Shown here in pieces: positions 60,400-64,000 of a DNA stretch of 64,000 nucleotides. Position numbers and translations under genes: made by a program. The notes beneath the pieces were generated by a model. That model saw nothing but the letters and a program-made list of their open reading frames with translations, had not been told where the DNA came from and did not search any database. Location of the stretch: contig QPMI01000039.1 of the NCBI GenBank assembly GCA_004431415.1, forward strand, positions 434,001-498,000, written 5' to 3'. The DNA comes from Cyanophora paradoxa CCMP329 (Eukaryota; Plantae; Glaucophyta). Position 1 is the stretch's first letter. Every line of letters begins with the position of its first letter.

Positions 60400-61770
60400 C
60401 GGCTCGGTCCGGCGGGGCAGGGGCCGGCGCCCGGCGGGGCCGGGGCCGCGAGCGCCGCGGGGTCCGCGAGCTGCAGGCTGCAGTTGGCCATGGGTGCTAG
60501 CGGGCGGCCCTCCAGGGGGCGAGCTCGAGGCGGGGGCGGGGCCGGCGGGGCCGGGCCGGGGCCTGCGGCGGCTCGCCGAGGCAGAGGAAGGAGCGCCAGA
60601 GCTCCCCCAGGAGGCCGCCCCCCGGGGTGCACTTCTCCCCCCGCCCGCCCCCGGGCCCCGCGCCCCCGGCCCCCGCTGCAGCCCCGGCCCGGGCTCTCCG
60701 GCCGCAGCCCCAGCGACGCCAGCGCCATCGGCTCCACCCTGCGCCCCTCGCCCGCCGCCCGCCCCGCGCCCCGCCCCGCGCCCCTCCGCGAGCCGCCGCG
60801 CCTTCTCCTCCACCCGGCCCCGCACCTGCCCCGCCCCGCGCCCCTCGGACCGGCGGCCGCGGGCCGGGATCGGATGGGATCGGGTTTGGGCGGACCTGGA
60901 CGCGGGCAAAGCGCCAGCCGTGCTCGACCTCGGCGATGCGGGCGGCGCCGTCCACGGCCGCCTCCTTGCCCCCGGCGCCCCCCAGGCCCAGGATCGCCCG
61001 GCACTTGGCCGCCAGCGCGGCGCGGAACTCGGGGCTCACCGCCCCGCCGTCGCCGACGCGGGGCCCGCCCCGCCCCCGCACCGGCCCCGGCCCCGCCCCG
61101 GCCCCGGCCCCGGCCCCCGGGCCGAGGCGCTGGAGGACGTAGCGGGCGGCCTCGGCGCGCTGCTGGCCGGCCCGCGCGGCGGCGGCGCCGGAGGGGCGCT
61201 TGGGCTTGGCCCGGCGGGCGGCGCCGGCTCCGCATATCCAGCAGCATATCCAGCATCTGCTGCCCCGCCCCGCCCCGCCTCAGAGCCGGCGGGGCGGGGG
61301 CGGGGGCCGGAGCGGGGGCGGGGGCCTGGAGGCGGAGGACTTCGGCGGCGGCGGGGCTCTCCGGGCACGTCACCGCCACCGTCTCCCGGTTCTGCCCCCC
61401 GTCAACGCGGCGCGGGGCGGGGCGGGGGAGGAGGGAAGGGGGGTACCTGGAAGAGGACGCGCCCCTCGCGGCGGACGACGTACTGGATGGAGAGGGGCGG
61501 CGGGCCCGCCCCGCCCCGCCCCCGCCCCCGGCGGGCCCCGCACGATGAACCCCGCGATGGCCTGCGGCGCGCGTGAGGCCGGAGGGGCGCGGGGGCGGGG
61601 GGCGGGGCGCGGGGGCGGGCCTCGCCGGTGCGGGCGACGGGGACGAGGGCGGGGGCCGGGGGGCGGGGCAGCTCGAGGGTGTAGGGGGGCGAGACGGCGA
61701 GCTCGAAGAGGAGCGTCGCGGAGTAGAGGAACGAGGCGAGCGCCACCGCCTCCAGCTTCTGCTGCATCTC
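60400..61770 (-). CDS. Hypothetical multi-exon gene or gene fragment
   Basis: GC-rich exons with C-rich introns on the minus strand (MQQKLEAVALASFLYSATLLFELAVSPPYTLEL...; AEVEHGWRFARVQ). Ends uncertain. Confidence 0.4.
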
Positions 61771-62250
61771 CGCTGAACGAAGCATGAAGCTGAAGCATGC
61801 GCTGAAGCTCCTTCTGAAGCTGACGCATCCCGCAGTGCGCAAGCACTATATATAGCTAGTGCAATAAATGAAGATCCAGATCTAGATGAAGATAAGATAG
61901 CATGCGGAAACTAACATGCAAATTATATCATAGCACATAATATATATGTTAGTAGTCCTTCCGATTGCAAATCATTTCATTTGCGAACGATATTCAATCC
62001 GGATCCAGTCACAATTGTTTGTTTGCAACCAATCCAATCCAATCCAATCCGAATTAGAGCCCCAATTGTTTGCAACATCTGCGATTGAAGAGCTTATGTT
62101 ATTACGTATACTAAGTTAGACATTGAGTCGAAATCGATGTCGTCTTCGGTCGGCCAGAAGTCGTCTTCGTGTAGCCAGTTGCCCGGTCGGAAGAGCTCGT
62201 CACGTAGAACATTGATACCTGCGCAGTGATGTATCAACTTCAAATCGATG

Positions 62251-63650
62251 TCACTCATGAAAAACAAAACCGGCAGTTGCGTCCATACCGTCGACGATAT
62301 ACGTATTGCCGTCGAGATGGCAGCACGTGCAGTCGGGGCCGACGTCGATCGCGTCCTTCAGGCGGGGGCCGAGCCGCTCCAGCGCGTTCCCCGTCACAGC
62401 GCCCTTGCCGCCGTTGCTGACGAAGATGCCCCACTGCTGGTCGTGGATCCTGCGCAGAGGCAGCCGTACACGTCCACGTGAGATGGCCGCGGGGTGGGGT
62501 TAGAGGGCGATCATGAGGGAGACATAGAAGAGTACAATTGCAAGCTTAAGCTGAAGGGCGTACCGGTTGTCCAACACGACGGGGTCCGCCCCGGTCTTGA
62601 TCTCGATGCCCGAGCGCGCGTTGCCGTAGATGTCGTTTCCCAAGAACGTGCCCCGCCCCTTCTCCCGCACGAGGATGCCGCAGGCCTCGCCGTCGTGGAC
62701 CTTGTTGCCCCGCACGAACGGGGCCGCGCAGGTCTGGATCGCGAAGCCGCCGAACCCGTTGCCGTAGACGTCGTTGCACTCCGCGACGCCCTTCGCCGAT
62801 TCATGGAAGAGGATGCCGGCCTGGCCGCAGTCGTGCACCGTGTTCCCTGCGCACGCGGAATCGGTCAAACAGAGGGCCGGGCGCGGGGTTGGGGCGCCCA
62901 CCGCGCAGCGTCGGGGCCGTTCCCTCGTCGCGAACTTCGATGCCGCTCAGTCCCGCACCGAACACGTTGCAGCCCTCCACGACCGCCCGGCTCCCGCCCG
63001 CGATCCACACCGCAGAATTCTTCGTAGCTGCGTTTCGGATCGTGATGCCCTTGACGCTGGGCGCTGCGGGATCCTCGCAAAGTAGCGTGACGCCTTGGTC
63101 CCACTCCAGCACCGCCTCCCGCGGCCCGACGATGCTCACATCCTTGTCCAGAACCACCTGCTCGTAGTACCTGGCGCCCGCGGACGACAATATTAATTTC
63201 GCCAAAACGGCGACCGCCAGCAAACGCCATAGCTATAGCATTCAAATGTACATATACACGTGCACCGGCCGGGGCTGAGGAGGATAGTCTGCCCGGGCTT
63301 GGCGAATCGCACGGCATCCATAATCGAAGATCCGGGGCCAACATTAATCTCAAATGTGGCGTCCTGCGATCCAGTCATCGTTGTCACGTGCACGGAAAAT
63401 TAAATTGAATATCTCGATATTGATTGCACTTGACGCGCCGTAATTTCTACATCCTCAACGGGTCGCGGCCTCCACTGCATCGCAGCCTTTCGCTCAGGAT
63501 CCGTAATCTCAATTGCAAGGATCCCCTGCTTCAAAGGCGTCGCATTCTCTGCGTCCTCATTCCGCTTGCGCTGAACGGCTGCCTCTCGCTCCGCAGTCTG
63601 GAGGCGATCCTGAAGAGAAGAGCAGTGAGCAATACGAAGTACGTATACCG
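62251..63650 (-). CDS. Right-handed beta-helix (PbH1) protein, paralog 3; 5' end uncertain or outside the window
   Basis: GNTVHDCGQAGILFHE...GNKVHDGEACGILVREKGRGTFLGNDIYGN; same intron positions as the paralogs. Confidence 0.7.
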
Positions 63651-64000
63651 AAGAACGCTGGCCATATGCATGGAGCGTACAGCCAGGGCACGGCGCTCTG
63701 CATTTATCGCGGCTGTATACTTGCGCGCGTGTTTGGATGCGACGGCAACCTGCGAATATCGTACCTAAGTTCAAGCATACAGGTGCACGTGAATTCGAAT
63801 CGATTTGGCAACTCAAAGAACATGAACCGCGGTTTCCGCCGCAGCCAGACGCTCCTGCGCATCGGATCGGCGACAAAATTGTTGAAGCTAACATGTGCGA
63901 AAATAATTCTGAACCGAACGTAACGCACAGCGAAGGCACAACGCTCGGACTCGAGCTCGGTGTCCGCGCGCGCGAGCGCGTCGACGTCGGCGGCTGCACG

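Noticed and set aside
61400-61740. Gamma-adaptin ear (GAE)-like domain
   Set aside because: Only a loose pattern resemblance; cannot be supported without an HMM search.
1-64000. tRNA or rRNA genes and an autonomous transposase or reverse transcriptase
   Set aside because: None recognised. The enzymes behind the MITEs and the inserts must be encoded elsewhere, or were missed by eye.

Overview
GC-rich, intron-dense eukaryotic nuclear DNA. The host is probably a flagellated alga with a primary plastid, most likely a glaucophyte (Cyanophora-like). That is inferred from a Phe-type plastid transit peptide together with the ciliary gene DZIP1. Compact gene clusters carry short C-rich introns, often GC-AG. 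Recognisable genes: DZIP1-like, fibrillin, a P450 pseudogene, VPS16 with an inverted partial copy, lipin/PAH1, SDH1, an F-box protein, CaM-lysine methyltransferase, a family of right-handed beta-helix genes and a Cys-rich secreted protein. The clusters alternate with 'deserts' holding Tc1/mariner-type and hAT-type MITEs, two copies of a poly(A) retroelement, and DNA saturated with short palindromes. Main finding: aligning the two retroelement copies shows how the palindromes arise. Short inverted triplications (X -> X, revcomp X, X; e.g. TCT -> TCT-AGA-TCT, GGG -> GGG-CCC-GGG) and a TA-CCG-TA transposon footprint have been inserted more often than point substitutions have occurred. The same AGATCT motif puts a stop codon into the P450 gene. 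This points to a pervasive palindrome-writing mutation or repair process that builds the intergenic DNA. Gene models were spliced by eye, so some ends are approximate, and homopolymer indel errors are likely.
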